From the human T2T-CHM13v2.0 reference genome, Homo sapiens, in NCBI RefSeq assembly GCF_009914755.1, contig NC_060927.1: 64,000 nt of DNA. One strand, written 5' to 3'. Each line of letters starts with the position of its first letter. Position 1 is the stretch's first letter. Below the pieces are notes generated by a model, which searched no databases, was not told where the DNA came from, and saw only the letters and a list, made by a program, of their open reading frames with translations. This document shows, piece by piece, positions 12,906-25,384 of this stretch. A program made the position numbers and the translations under genes.

Positions 12906-14486
12906 TCACTGGGCAGCTGGCTGGGAGTAGCTGCAGGACACCTGCACCGTCTCAGCTTCTGTCAGGTCACTGCTGAACCCAGCTGGGCTGTGCAGGAACT
13001 GCCTCAGCAAGGGGGAGGCGTGGAGCCCGAGGTGGGAGCCTGGGTTCCTGGGTGGCTCTGCCTGCTCGGTGACTGTGGTGGAAGACATGAGGACTGTGTT
13101 CCCAAACTGGTCCACCTCCTCATACTGTTCAGTCACGGTTCTCATGGCTCCATAGTGTTGTGAGCTCCCTGGCCCCGTCTGTAGCTCCAGAACACTCTTT
13201 TGCCACCCTCTGGGCAGGGGACTGGCTGAGGGAGGGGCAGGTTCAGGTTGCACAGAGCACTGGGTGATGTCCTTCTTCCCAGTTTTGTCTTGGACACCTT
13301 TCTGGTGGAGCAGGGCCTGGCCTATGTCCTGAGCCAGTTGTGTGCTTTTCACTGAGACATCAGGGTTGCCCTTAAAGCTGGGAGTCTCTAGAGGCTTCCT
13401 TGTGGCCGACTGGATGGAGATAAATGTTGGGGAGGAGGGAGAATCTCGGCTGGAAGGTAAAACCCGAGGAGGGCACAAATACTCTCTTGATGTCTCCTGC
13501 CTCCTGGTGGAAGGGGCAGTTGAGGCTGTGTGACCTCTGGCCTCTGTGTGATTTCTGATCTTGACTTGACTCTGGGCCTCAGTGTGGCATTCAACCTTGG
13601 CTTGGTTCTTGACTGCAGTTTGACCTCCGACCTCCTGGCCTGAGCCACTGGGCCTGGCGCTACTGCTGACTGTGACACTGATCTTGTGGGCACTGTGGTC
13701 TTTTGGAGGTCCCTGGAAATGGCCTCTGGCACTGGCCTCAGGCTGGAGGCTAGACATGGAGCTGAGTGCCTTGTGCACAGCCTCTTCAATGTCCAGCAGC
13801 CTTGCCAAGGTCTGTTCCTTCAGTTGAGCAACTTCCGTGCTGACCCGTGTCAGCTCCCCAAAGGCCTGCTCCACTGAGGCCTCGGGCTTTTGGTGGGCAG
13901 CAGGAGCCTGAGGAGCAGCCCCTCCCAGCTGGGGCACGGCCTCAAAGAGCCTCCGCAGGGCCTGCACGTCCACACTGCTTGCGGCCTCCTTCTCCAGGGC
14001 TTGCACCTGGTTCAGGAGGCCCTGGAGCTCTTTCTGGTTTCTTTGCAGACTGTCAGGGCTCTCAGGGGCCCCTTGGTGGGAACCTTCCATGGGCTGCTCT
14101 CCTGAGGGGCCGGGGCCCCACTGTGGTGAGGTGGGATCATGGTTGAGGGCATTGAGCTTGGGGGGCTCAGAGCTCTGGGCATTGCTGCCTGTAGCCTGAT
14201 TCTTGGTGGGCCTGGGGGCCGTGGTGCTGAGGCCATGTTGTAAGCTGGGCTGGCTATGTCCACTGGGACATCTGGCCAGAGGTATGTGGCCCTGGTCTAC
14301 AGTAGTGGGAACCTTGGCTGGCTGAGGGATGGCTGTATCTCTCTCACCTCGTTGGTGTTCTCTTTGCCCCACCTCCGAGGAAAAGCTGGGAGATAGAGGC
14401 AAGGGCTTGGGCAGCCTCTGAGGAGGGTGGCTCTGGGTTAGGTGTGCAGGTTTAGGGGGCAGCTGCGGCTTCTTCTTTGGGGGCAT
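12906..14486 (-). CDS. XIRP1: XinC isoform (526 aa, starts at M1318)
   Basis: First ATG after the acceptor at 14653; context cccaccATG; 1843-1317=526 aa, the known XinC length; exon 1 has no ATG. Confidence 0.8.
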   Translation of the reverse strand: MPPKKKPQLPPKPAHLTQSHPPQRLPKPLPLSPSFSSEVGQREHQRGERDTAIPQPAKVPTTVDQGHIPLARCPSGHSQPSLQHGLSTTAPRPTKNQATGSNAQSSEPPKLNALNHDPTSPQWGPGPSGEQPMEGSHQGAPESPDSLQRNQKELQGLLNQVQALEKEAASSVDVQALRRLFEAVPQLGGAAPQAPAAHQKPEASVEQAFGELTRVSTEVAQLKEQTLARLLDIEEAVHKALSSMSSLQPEASARGHFQGPPKDHSAHKISVTVSSSARPSGSGQEVGGQTAVKNQAKVECHTEAQSQVKIRNHTEARGHTASTAPSTRRQETSREYLCPPRVLPSSRDSPSSPTFISIQSATRKPLETPSFKGNPDVSVKSTQLAQDIGQALLHQKGVQDKTGKKDITQCSVQPEPAPPSASPLPRGWQKSVLELQTGPGSSQHYGAMRTVTEQYEEVDQFGNTVLMSSTTVTEQAEPPRNPGSHLGLHASPLLRQFLHSPAGFSSDLTEAETVQVSCSYSQPAAQ

Positions 14487-17400
14487 GGTGGGGTCCAGTT
14501 TTGGGGTCTTTGTCTGTGACCCTCCAGGGGTTCTCTGGCCAGCAGGGCTGCTGTGGGAGTGAAGAAGGGGGTCCTTCAGGGGCTCAGAGGCTTGCTGGAT
14601 GGAGTCCTCAGCACGGTGGGCTCCAGCTGGAAAGTCAGGTCCTGTCACAGCAGCTGGGAGAGTAGGAGGAGGAGGAACAAAGGCATTATGGGGGTGCGGG
14701 CTGGCACCTGCAGCTTGGGGCCCAGAGGCCAGAATGTGGCGGCCTAGAGGGGCAGTCTTCAGGGTGGTCTCTGCAGCTTGGAGGCCCCCTGGGCAGACTT
14801 CTGCCATCGCCTTCCCTGGTGGCCCCCAGGCCATCTGTGTGCAGCCCCCAGGCTCCTCCCGCCCTGGCCCAGTACTCTGACCTGGGCCTCCCTGGAGTGG
14901 GCGGGGAGCCTGGACTGAGAGGGCAGTCTCCCTGTGCCTTGACTGGGGTTCCCTCTGAGAAAGCTGGACACCCCCAGGTGGGTCAAAGGTCCTCACGGGA
15001 TGAGCGGTGTAGATGCCATCCTGAATTGTCACCCACCCCCCAGGCAGCCCTCTGGGTAGTGCTTGCTCTTCCCTACTGACCTTTCTGGGGGCTGCTGGGA
15101 TCCGGGGATCACTTCCACCCCCAGGCCTTATGTTGCTTTGGGTAGCCCCAGCTTTCCGAAGACCGTCCTGGATGGGGTTGGAAGTGGCTGTTGGGGTGGG
15201 GCCCTGCTTGTGCTTGTTCAGAACTTGCTGGTGCAGGCTCTGGGCTTCAGCTGTTGCCATCCGCAGACTCTGCATGGCGGCCAGGAGGTCTGGGGCCCCA
15301 GGCCCCGGAGGGGTAGTCGTGGCTCCTTCTGACTTTCCCAAGACTGCCATCCCTTTCTGTCCAGAGTGACTGTCTTCCTGCTTTTCTGTGTTTTGCAATT
15401 GGGCTGGTGCTGCAGCTTCCCCAGCCAGAGGGACTGCCTTTCCAATGGCCTGAGGAGGGCAAGGGGTGGCCCCTGAGGCTCTCAGATGCCCCATCCCCAT
15501 GCTGGGGTCCAGTGGGGGAACATGGATGATGCTCTCAGTTGGGTGCAGGCTCTGGGCCCCCTCGCTGGCTGGCACTGGACTCGGGTCAGCCGGGGGCTCC
15601 CACCGCAGACTGTGCAGGCCACTCAGGTCTCCTTTATCTATGCAGCTGGCCAACAGCTGCACGCTGCTCCTCTCAGAGGCCTTGCTAGTTAGCCGGGGCT
15701 GCAGAGAGTAGGCAGTCAGTGCGACCAGGCCCTGCTCTGTCTCCTGCATCACCAGCCCAGTCCTTGCCACGGAGGTCCCAAGACCGCAAGCCAGCAGCTG
15801 CTGGAGCTCAGGGTCCATGTCTTCAATATTCCCACTGCTGCCTGGAGTTGGCAGCCTCAGCGGCTTGAGTTGGAGCTGGCCAGTTGGGTCTTCCTGCACC
15901 AGCAGCCCCTGCTGGTCCACATCTGGCCGGCGCAGGACTTGGCAGATGATCCTGGGAAGTTCACCTGACACCAGCTCCTCCTTTCGTATATAAGGGTGCC
16001 CCTGCCCTGTGCCCGAGAGCACATACTTGGCAAGACAGAGCTCCCCTGGCCCTCGGGCCTCCATGAGGATGCCTCCATGGTGCAGGATGCCAGGTGTGGC
16101 ATGCAGAGTCCGCAGGGTCCCCTCAGCTGCAGTCTCCTGGCTCTCTTGCATCCTGTTGCCTGAGGGGCTCATGGGCTGCTCTTCCAGGAGGTTGCCCCCT
16201 TGGATGCTCTCAGCTGCCAGGGAGCCCATGGGACAATTCTCAAAAAGCCAAGTGAACTTGTGGACAGAACCCGCGGGGATGGACCCAGCGATTACCCGGG
16301 GCTCCTGTTCTTCCTTCTTGCCTGCCTCCAGGGCCTGAAAAACCTCTTTCTGACGAGACACCTGCCCTGAAGGGATCTCCACGCGGCTGCAGTATCTCAC
16401 AGGCCGTCTTCCACAGGGACGGCCTGAGGCCTGAAGAGGCTCGGTCTCAAAGACGTGTCTGTCTGTCTGTCTTTCCCCAGCCGGGACCTGGCTAACCTGC
16501 AGGTGCTGCTCCCTGGAGCCCACTGGCCTGTCCACAGGTTGGGGCTTGAACATCCAGGTGCAGGACTGTGCCTCAGCCTTGGCTGTGGGATCTGTGACCT
16601 CTGACCCCTGCTTTTCGGCCAACTCACTCATTGGGCAAGTCTCGAACAACCACCGGATGGTCTGCACATCGCCCTTTGGGGGTGCCTCAGGCTGGGGGTC
16701 TCCCTGACTCTTCCCTTCTTCTTTCTGTCGTTCCTGCTGCTCCCGTTGGTGGATCATCTCCAGGGGCTGGGTCTCAAAAAGCCACCGAGCTGTGCCAACG
16801 TCCCCAGCCACCACTTCCTGCCGGGTGATGCCCCGCACCACGTCGATGGTACTGGGGCTTCGGCCGAGCTGGTCTAGGGGCTGTGTCTCAAACATCCACC
16901 TGTAGCCCTGCACATCACCTCCGACTATCTGCTCTCTGCTAACAGAGGTCAGGGCATGGAGGCGGCCCTTGCTGTCCTGCATGGCATACACTGGGGACCC
17001 TATGCCCTGGGCCTGCCCAGCAGAATCAGTTCCTTCTTCTCTGCTTGGACTCCCATGGGCCAGAACCTCACCCTGTCCAATGCTGTCCAAGGGAAGGGTC
17101 TCAAAAAGGTTCTTAAAAGTCTTCACATCCCCCTTTAGCTCATCCCTCTGGGGGGCACTCTGAGAGAAGGGCAGTGCTGAGGAGCTGTCACTGGATAGAT
17201 GCCCCTCACCGTCCTGGGGATCCACTCGCTGTAGGTGACCCACTTGGACCTTGTCTCTGAAAGCATCCAGGGGCTTTGTTTCAAATAGCCACAGGGTGGA
17301 GCGGACATCACCAGGGACCACTTCCTCCTTGGGTGGGGCCTCTGCTCCAGCCTCTTCGTCCCCCTTCAGAGTGTCCAGCGCTCGGGTCTCAAACAGATGC

Positions 17401-18437
17401 CGCTGCTGCTGAACATCTGGACCAGGTGGGATAAGGTCTGGGGATGGCTGGAAGTCCTTCTCATCTACCAAGATCTCCCGGATGGCATCCAGGGGCTGTG
17501 TCTCAAAGATCCAGCGAGTTGCACTGACGTCGGGCCGGGCCCCCTCCTCCAGGGAAATCCCCCGGATCACCCGCACCTGGCTGGGGTCCTGGTTGATGGC
17601 GTCCAGAGGCCGGGTCTCAAAGAGCCAGCGGGCAGACCTCACCGCGTTGCTTTGGATCTCCTCCCGGCATGCGGCCTTGACCTCATGGATGGCGCCCTCT
17701 GCATCCTGGATGGCACACAGGGGCTCCGTTTGGAAGAGCTTCACTGTCTTTTTCACATCACCCTTCAGCTCCTGGATCTCTGAGCGCAGTTCCAAGGGGC
17801 TCTGCTCCTGCAGGGAGGGGCGGGAGCCCAGGCGGTCCAGCGGCCGCGTCTCAAAGAGCATCCTGGTACCCTGCACATCTCCGCTGGCTGCAGGCTCCCT
17901 CACAGTGGCCTCCAGTTCCTTGGCTTGCCCTGTCAGCTCGTCCAGTGGCTTTGTCTCAAATAGCCAGCGGGCTGCACGAACGTCTCCTCCACCTGGCTGG
18001 GGCCTGGTTGGCTCCTGGTCTGTGCTGTTGGCAAAGGAGCCTTCCTCAAACTTGCGGGAGGTGGCCTGGACGTCACCACACAGCACGGGCTCCTTGGCAG
18101 CTGGCCTCTCGTGTTCTCCAATGGCATCCAGTCTCCAGTTCTCAAAGATCCAGCGCATGCACTGAACGTCACCCTCGGTGGGTTCCTCAGAGCCCAGGAC
18201 CTCAGCCAGATCCTCGGCCACAGCCTCAGCCAGATTCTTGCGGAGCTCAGGGTGGATGTGCCTGTAGAGGCGGCGGAGCTCACTAGCTTGCCGCTGCTGA
18301 TGGAACTTGGAGAAGGATTCCTTGGGTGGCGGCAGTGGCAGGTCCTCCAGGGCTGGGGGTGGAGGGAGGGGCAGGTCCTCTGCAGTTGCCATCCTCATGG
18401 TTGGTGTGGGGGCCACCTGTGTCTGGGTGTCGGCCAT
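12906..18437 (-). CDS. XIRP1: Xin actin-binding repeat-containing protein 1, isoform XinA (1843 aa), single coding exon
   Basis: 1843-aa ORF; N-terminal EDLPLPPP motifs (x2; Mena/VASP EVH1 ligand); tandem Xin repeats (GDV...W/LFETxPLD); proline-rich C-terminal half with filamin-C-binding tail. Confidence 0.99.
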   Translation of the reverse strand: MADTQTQVAPTPTMRMATAEDLPLPPPPALEDLPLPPPKESFSKFHQQRQASELRRLYRHIHPELRKNLAEAVAEDLAEVLGSEEPTEGDVQCMRWIFENWRLDAIGEHERPAAKEPVLCGDVQATSRKFEEGSFANSTDQEPTRPQPGGGDVRAARWLFETKPLDELTGQAKELEATVREPAASGDVQGTRMLFETRPLDRLGSRPSLQEQSPLELRSEIQELKGDVKKTVKLFQTEPLCAIQDAEGAIHEVKAACREEIQSNAVRSARWLFETRPLDAINQDPSQVRVIRGISLEEGARPDVSATRWIFETQPLDAIREILVDEKDFQPSPDLIPPGPDVQQQRHLFETRALDTLKGDEEAGAEAPPKEEVVPGDVRSTLWLFETKPLDAFRDKVQVGHLQRVDPQDGEGHLSSDSSSALPFSQSAPQRDELKGDVKTFKNLFETLPLDSIGQGEVLAHGSPSREEGTDSAGQAQGIGSPVYAMQDSKGRLHALTSVSREQIVGGDVQGYRWMFETQPLDQLGRSPSTIDVVRGITRQEVVAGDVGTARWLFETQPLEMIHQREQQERQKEEGKSQGDPQPEAPPKGDVQTIRWLFETCPMSELAEKQGSEVTDPTAKAEAQSCTWMFKPQPVDRPVGSREQHLQVSQVPAGERQTDRHVFETEPLQASGRPCGRRPVRYCSRVEIPSGQVSRQKEVFQALEAGKKEEQEPRVIAGSIPAGSVHKFTWLFENCPMGSLAAESIQGGNLLEEQPMSPSGNRMQESQETAAEGTLRTLHATPGILHHGGILMEARGPGELCLAKYVLSGTGQGHPYIRKEELVSGELPRIICQVLRRPDVDQQGLLVQEDPTGQLQLKPLRLPTPGSSGNIEDMDPELQQLLACGLGTSVARTGLVMQETEQGLVALTAYSLQPRLTSKASERSSVQLLASCIDKGDLSGLHSLRWEPPADPSPVPASEGAQSLHPTESIIHVPPLDPSMGMGHLRASGATPCPPQAIGKAVPLAGEAAAPAQLQNTEKQEDSHSGQKGMAVLGKSEGATTTPPGPGAPDLLAAMQSLRMATAEAQSLHQQVLNKHKQGPTPTATSNPIQDGLRKAGATQSNIRPGGGSDPRIPAAPRKVSREEQALPRGLPGGWVTIQDGIYTAHPVRTFDPPGGVQLSQREPQSRHRETALSVQAPRPLQGGPGQSTGPGREEPGGCTQMAWGPPGKAMAEVCPGGLQAAETTLKTAPLGRHILASGPQAAGASPHPHNAFVPPPPTLPAAVTGPDFPAGAHRAEDSIQQASEPLKDPLLHSHSSPAGQRTPGGSQTKTPKLDPTMPPKKKPQLPPKPAHLTQSHPPQRLPKPLPLSPSFSSEVGQREHQRGERDTAIPQPAKVPTTVDQGHIPLARCPSGHSQPSLQHGLSTTAPRPTKNQATGSNAQSSEPPKLNALNHDPTSPQWGPGPSGEQPMEGSHQGAPESPDSLQRNQKELQGLLNQVQALEKEAASSVDVQALRRLFEAVPQLGGAAPQAPAAHQKPEASVEQAFGELTRVSTEVAQLKEQTLARLLDIEEAVHKALSSMSSLQPEASARGHFQGPPKDHSAHKISVTVSSSARPSGSGQEVGGQTAVKNQAKVECHTEAQSQVKIRNHTEARGHTASTAPSTRRQETSREYLCPPRVLPSSRDSPSSPTFISIQSATRKPLETPSFKGNPDVSVKSTQLAQDIGQALLHQKGVQDKTGKKDITQCSVQPEPAPPSASPLPRGWQKSVLELQTGPGSSQHYGAMRTVTEQYEEVDQFGNTVLMSSTTVTEQAEPPRNPGSHLGLHASPLLRQFLHSPAGFSSDLTEAETVQVSCSYSQPAAQ
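14654..15080 (-). other. XIRP1: Intra-exonic intron (exitron) producing XinB (1121 aa)
   Basis: Donor AAG|GTCAGT after codon K1119; acceptor ttgttcctcctcctcctactctcccAG|CTG CTG TGA; removing 427 nt adds LL-stop, giving 1121 aa, the known XinB length. Confidence 0.85.
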
Positions 18438-18517
18438 CCTTCTGAGAAGAAGGGGCAGAGATGAGGATGGGATTGGGAGCCTTAGATCTAGATGTTCAGC
18501 AGGGTAGAGGCTGGATG
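18438..18517 (-). other. XIRP1: 5'UTR part of exon 2 (acceptor ccatttctccCAG at 18520-18518)
   Basis: Pyrimidine tract plus CAG 80 nt upstream of the ATG; no upstream ATG. Confidence 0.7.
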
Positions 18518-19699
18518 CTGGGAGAAATGGTAGTAAACAGGGCTCAGAGTCAGAGTAGCTCTGGGTGACTTACGCTTAGAGACTCCTTCCCTCTCTCTAT
18601 GTGCCTGGCCTGGGCTTCACTTCGCTGCCTGCATGGTTCGTGGGCAACAGGTCTTGAACTTAGGACATGGACCCATTAATCATAGTGGGTTCCTGCTTTC
18701 CCTACATCTCATGCGTTGCTAGGGAGTGACCATGGTACCACTGGACATGAGACACTTTCCTTTAGCTCCATAAGGGACGCATAAACCTCCAGTGGGCAAA
18801 CTGGACATGCCCCATCCTCACCTTCCTTTGTTAAAAATCAGTGTTTCCCTGGAAGACTGCCAGGGGAGTGGCCTGGGGGAATCCTGACTTTTGGAGTCCC
18901 AGCCTTGGAGAGGCAGGTCTCTAAACTGGTGACTGATTTCCTATGGAGACGAGATTCCTTTGCAGAACACCAGAGGGCAGACTTGCCATGTTGACCTGGA
19001 ACGCTGCCTAACTTTTACCTCTTGGCTGTCAACGCACTCCAACCTTTCCCAGGCCCAAGGAGGCAAGCAGAGGCCAACAGCCCATGCTAGAGCGGAAGCA
19101 GTTGAGAATCAGGGCTGGGAAGCTGCTCATCAGATATCTCGTGCTTAGGCCAGATCCAAATTCTGAATATCTGGTCAGGGTTTTCTGCATTATACTCGAA
19201 GACTGAGAATGTCTGAGCTAGGGGAATCTCAAAGGTCTTTTAGCACAATCATTTATAAATAAAGATGAGGGAACTTAGGCCCAGAGTCAGATCTTGGTGA
19301 ATAAATGGAAGGCCGTGCTGGCTTGGGGTCCCTAGACTCCATTTAGGGCATGGCCCCAAGAAATAAGAGGGTAGCAGGTGTAAAGCTTTCTTATTGGCCA
19401 TAGAACCCGTCTATTCCCCAGCAGGCACCCCTGGGAGGATATGAGGGTGACAACAACCAGGGAGAGGACCATGGGATCAGGGTCCTTTCTGCAGAGACAG
19501 CCCTGCCTCTTGCTCCTGGATACCGCTCTCTAAGCAAGCAAGCACAGCTTCAGGGGCTCGGACTCAGGGGGGCTTCAGGCTAAGCCCTACCCCTGCAGGC
19601 CTCATGGCCACCCCAGCTCAGCCTCTCCCCGGCTACACCCCCGCCCCTCAATGACCTACCACCCCTCAAGCCCTTCTCTGGTCTCTGTCCATGTATGTC

Positions 19700-19823
19700 T
19701 TATCTCTCTTGTGACAGGTGTACTAACAGTCCCCAGAGGCCAGTAGGGAAAGAATGGGAAGCATGTGCCCCCTCCTGCTGCCCCTGACCCACTGCTCTGC
19801 ACCACACAGGGTGCTAAATATAG
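19700..19823. promoter_or_regulatory. Putative intronic cardiac/muscle enhancer
   Basis: Perfect MEF2 site CTAAATATAG (19814-19823); GATA (19700-19705); overlapping TGACAG / CAGGTG / AGGTGT (19712-19721). Confidence 0.5.
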
Positions 19824-21437
19824 CTGAGGTCCTGGCCTCAGAACAGCAGCCCTGGGCTCAGAGGGAGGCTGAGGCCCAGCCAGTGGGGACCCTCAGTACC
19901 CTTGGCTCACCTCATCTCCTTCATTAGCCTGGGCTCCCCTATCCTGCCTCCTGGGCTGGTGTCAGGCCCCTGGGCTGCAGGCCAGCCAGGTGCTAGAACC
20001 TGGACACCTTCCCTGGCCAAAGGAGTCTGCACTGGGGGGAGGTACTGGAAGTAAGTGGGGCAGGACTTCCTCCCTATGGCTACCTCAGAAGGAGGAGAGA
20101 GGAAACTGAGACCTGCTGACCCCATGCCCACCCTGGCATGTCCACCAAAGACATCAGAACCTTTGGGGAATGTGAGCTCTGAAACCTGCAGCCTGAGTCT
20201 CATCAAAGCTCTGGGTGGTTTTCTTTCATTTCTGAGCTCCAATGAGGATCCCCTGCCCAAGGCAAACCTGAGCCTGTCTCCACCTCTACTCCATCCTGTC
20301 ACCACCAGGGTGGCCTGAGCAGATGGTGTGTGCACACCATCAGCTTCACCCCACCCCCGCCCCCAGGAATTTCCAGAATCTCTGCTAAGGCCACAGACAG
20401 TTATTATCATGGAGTCCAGGGATGTCAGGCCTAAGGACCCTCAGAGGTCACTCAATCTAAACCCCTTATTGTTCAAATAGGGAAACAGAGGCCCAAAGAG
20501 GGGAAAGGAGCTGTCCAAGGAGGCTCAGCAAGGCAGTAGCAAAGCCTGAAGCATGTCTCCTGACTCCTGGCCTTCCCACCACCATCTTTGCCTGGCTTGA
20601 GACTGCTGGGACAAGTGTAGAGTCAGGACAGAATTCATAACTGGGACCAGACTTACGTGGGGTGAGCCCCAAGAACTGTCCTAGAGCTTGGTCTCCTAGG
20701 GCTGGGCCAGCCTCTCAGGATGGTCCCCCTGCTGTCCTCGGGTCACCTCCTCCTTGGCCCAGCTGGCTCCATATGTCTTTACATCTGGGCAAATTCAGAT
20801 CTGGTCTCCCTCCCGTGAGCCCCCCAAATCTGCCCTGGGGGCTTTCCCACTGGGCAAGACTATGGACATGGGCAGAGTCCGAATTCCACCCCAGGTTTTA
20901 GGCTATGATATGTAGGGAGCTGGGCTCCGGCCAGCCCCTGGGAGCTATCCCTGGGCCAGATATGCCAAGAGTGTCATCCACAACAACTAGGCATGGGGCT
21001 TGTTCTAGCAATGCACACTCAGGCCTACTTACAGCCCCCTGCCCCCACCTCTCTCCTGTTCCTCCTTCCTCCAGATCCTGGGCCTGCCTGAAGCTTCCCT
21101 GGGAGGAAGCCCTGAAGCCTGAGGCACTCCATACCTGTATTTTAAAAATCACAACTCCAGGCCTTTCTGGATCATGCCAGCCTGGCAGGAGCCTATCCTT
21201 TCTGCTAGCTTCAGGCCTGTGGCAGCCACTCTGAGAGCTCCCATGGGGCTCACACTGTCTTTACCTCCTTTGTGGGTTCTTTATGTCTGAGACTTCCACT
21301 CACCTCCTCCCATGCATGCCCCTCAATCTCCTTCCCCTACTCAGAGCCATTCCTAATACGTCCATTTCAGAAGGAGAGGGGATCCCAGCTGTGAAAGCCA
21401 GCCTTGCTGTGGAAGGATGGAGAGGTAGGTTACTCAC

Positions 21438-21590
21438 CAAGGGTCTCTCTTGGCTGATGGGGTGTTTGTGGTCTGTAGCAGCTGTGGTCTCAGGGTTCGT
21501 CGTTCCTCTGGAGGTTCTTGTTCAAATTGGTTCTGTTCTGCTGGCTCCAACAGACACCTTCTTGCTGCCCTGGCTCCAGGTCTCTGTCCC
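21438..21590 (-). other. XIRP1: XIRP1 non-coding exon 1 (TSS approximate)
   Basis: Donor TTG|GTGAGTA at 21437-21431; ATG-free; directly downstream of the promoter motif cluster. Confidence 0.8.
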
Positions 21591-21599
21591 CTGCCAGCC

Positions 21600-21830
21600 C
21601 CAGCAGCTGCCTTTATCTTGCTGGCTAGTGGGTGGGCCGTGGTGGGGGCGGGTGGGAGAGGCTATGTTCCGAGTATTAAGTGGTTCGGTTATTTTTAGGT
21701 CTTGTGGAAGTCACTCTTCCATCCTGGGGAATCAGTTACATGTCCTTTGGGCTGGGGAGGGGAAACAGAGGGGGAGAAGCTTCATTCATCCAAAGTCTGA
21801 TCTGGGGATTGGGGTCAGTGACTCAGCTGG
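21600..21830 (-). promoter_or_regulatory. XIRP1: XIRP1 proximal promoter
   Basis: E-box CAGCTG 21604-21609; AGATAAA 21618-21612; GC box 21645-21652; NKX2-5 TTAAGTGG 21676-21683; MEF2 CTAAAAATAA 21698-21689; AP-1 TGACTCA 21819-21825 overlapping an E-box. Confidence 0.85.
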
Positions 21831-22247
21831 GTTGTGAGGTTGGGGGTGTCCCAGACTATTTTGAGAGAGTGACTAAGAAGAGGCATCTGACACCTTGGAC
21901 AGCTTGCTCCCGTCTTGTGAGCCCCCATCATTCTACTCTGGCCCTGCCTCTGACTCTTCCTGACGTGTCTCCACCCACCGTGCCAGGAGACTGGAGGTCT
22001 CCTGAGGGCAGGCTGGGCACCTCCTCCTCTGTTCTGAGCCTGGATACCTCTGAGTGTGATGCTCAGCTCTCTTTCTTCCCCATTCCCTTCTGCACTAAAG
22101 AGTTCCTTCTTTCTTATCCATTCCACCCTGTGCCCCACAGCACAGGTCAACACAGCCCCGATGAAGCTGGATTTGGGGGGAAGACATCTGAATGACCAGG
22201 CCCAGCTCTTCACTGGGCCGAGATTGGCCAGGCCCAGCTCCTCCTTT

Positions 22248-22362
22248 GCACCACTACACCCAGTTAATTTTTGTATTTTTAGTAGAGATGGGGTTTCACC
22301 ATGTTGGCCAGGCTGGTCTCGAACTCCTGACCTCAGGTAATCCACCTGCCTCGGCCTCCCAA
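22248..22362 (-). mobile_element. Internal Alu fragment without ends, tail or TSD
   Basis: Middle A-linker plus part of the left monomer only. Confidence 0.85.
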
Positions 22363-23152
22363 TGAATGAATTCCACAGCAGGACTCTATGGTTTTCATTC
22401 CAGATTATCTGAGTCCTTTCTTCTCGACTCTTCCCTCTGACTCAGGGCCCAGGCTTTCTGGGAATGGAGGGGAGGGGAAGGGCGGCATGCAGGGAGCTGA
22501 CCGTGGGGTTATTTCTGACCCTGGAGTCATCAGCTTCCCAGTCACAGATGGAGTGGCGGCGGGGGTGGGGGGGTCACACCTGCCTCCTCCTTTGCTTACC
22601 AGGGCGTGAGGGGCCCAGGAGGCCCAAGAGATCCTGGCAGTCAGACCAGTGTGGTGAAGGATGTCAGGGGACCATCTGCAAAAAACTCGAAAGAGGTGTT
22701 TTGTCCTAGGTGGGCCTGGCCCAGGCTCCATGCCTGTGGGTATGCAGGTGCATTCTGTGGCCTGGCACATGAGGTCTTCCTTCTGACTCCCCAAATGCCC
22801 TCTGGTACCAGGGGGTGATGCCAGACATTGCTCACTTTTTCCATGTAGTCAATGTCAGTCCTGCAGCGTCAGCTGGGATGGGGGTAAGGACATCTGGGAA
22901 CCCCCTCTTCCTGGTCTCCCTCCCTCTTGTCTCTTCCCCTGCTCTTTTCTAGCCCTCTGCCTGTCCCCCAGGCTCCTGGCTCTCTCTAGGAAGGGCAGGG
23001 AGACCGATGTACCAGTGTTTCAGGGAAAGGGCAGCCTTAGGTTTCTCAGGATTTCTCCTGGGAGGAGCTTTCTCCCTGTGGGTACTGAAATTTCTTACTT
23101 TCTAGGATAGTTTTGAGAATTGAAGGAATTATTATATGAAAAGAGTGCCTCC

Positions 23153-23447
23153 AGCCAGGCACGGTGGCTCACGCCTGTAATCTCAGCACATTTCGGCAGG
23201 CTGAGGCTGGTGGATCACTTGAGGTCAGGAGTTCGAGACCAGCCTGACCAACATGGTGAAACCTTGTCTCTACTAAAAATATAAAAAATTAGCTGGGTGT
23301 GGTGGCACACACCTGTAATCCCAACTACTTGGGAGGCTGAGGCAGGAAAATTGAATCTGGGAGGCAGAAGATGCAGTGAGCTGGGATCGCACCCCTGCAC
23401 TCCAGCCTGGGCGATAGAGCAAGACTCTGTCTCAAAAAAAAAAAAAA
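23153..23447 (+). mobile_element. AluS-family SINE
   Basis: Full dimer with A tail; TSD resembling aaaagagtgcct. Confidence 0.92.
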
Positions 23448-23646
23448 GTGCCTGAGAGTACTTAGCACATAGCCTATGCTTTAGAAGAGCCAGCTATTAT
23501 ACTGTATATAATATAAAAAGAGAAAAGCCCCTAGGTGGAACTCACTTTTGTACTCACCTCCTGTGATAACTCATGGGAGAAATTCCTCAGGCCTCAATAT
23601 TAGGAAAGAGGCTCTTCCTGAGCACTTGGTTTCTTTGTATCTAGTA

Positions 23647-24171
<525 letters not shown>

Positions 24172-24340
24172 TTATAGATGTTAAAATAAATAAGAAAATA
24201 AATTTTTCTGGAAGGAGAATTGTCAATAGAATAAACAATTTTTATGACATATGGTGTTTCTCTTTGACTTGGCTGCTAGGAAACTCAGAGCTAAATTTTT
24301 AACCTAGCAAGTAGACTTTATGGTCCAAATCCTGTGTAAT

Positions 24341-24451
24341 GAGGGTGACCAACTTTTTGTTGTCTGTCTCTGAGGAGTTTTGCAAGACAAGGGATGTTCA
24401 GTTTTAAAACTGGAAAAGTTCTAACAAAACCAGGACAAGCTAGTCACTCTA
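24341..24451 (+). mobile_element. hAT-Blackjack MITE (MER81-like)
   Basis: TIRs agggtgacc / agtcactct; perfect 8-bp TSD tgtgtaat. Confidence 0.8.
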
Positions 24452-24547
24452 TGTGTAATGATCTAATGATATCACATCATCATGGTATTAATTATGAGGC
24501 TGTCAAGATAGTAAACTAGGCATTATTTACTGGAGTATCTTTAGTGG

Positions 24548-25384
<837 letters not shown>

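Noticed and set aside
17397-18507. Long + strand ORFs antisense to XIRP1 (e.g. 227 aa at 17482-18165)
   Set aside because: Shadow ORFs of a GC-rich, repetitive coding exon; no recognisable domain or promoter
21283-22345. 170-184 aa ORFs across the XIRP1 exon 1/promoter
   Set aside because: No recognisable protein; the region is explained by promoter and UTR function
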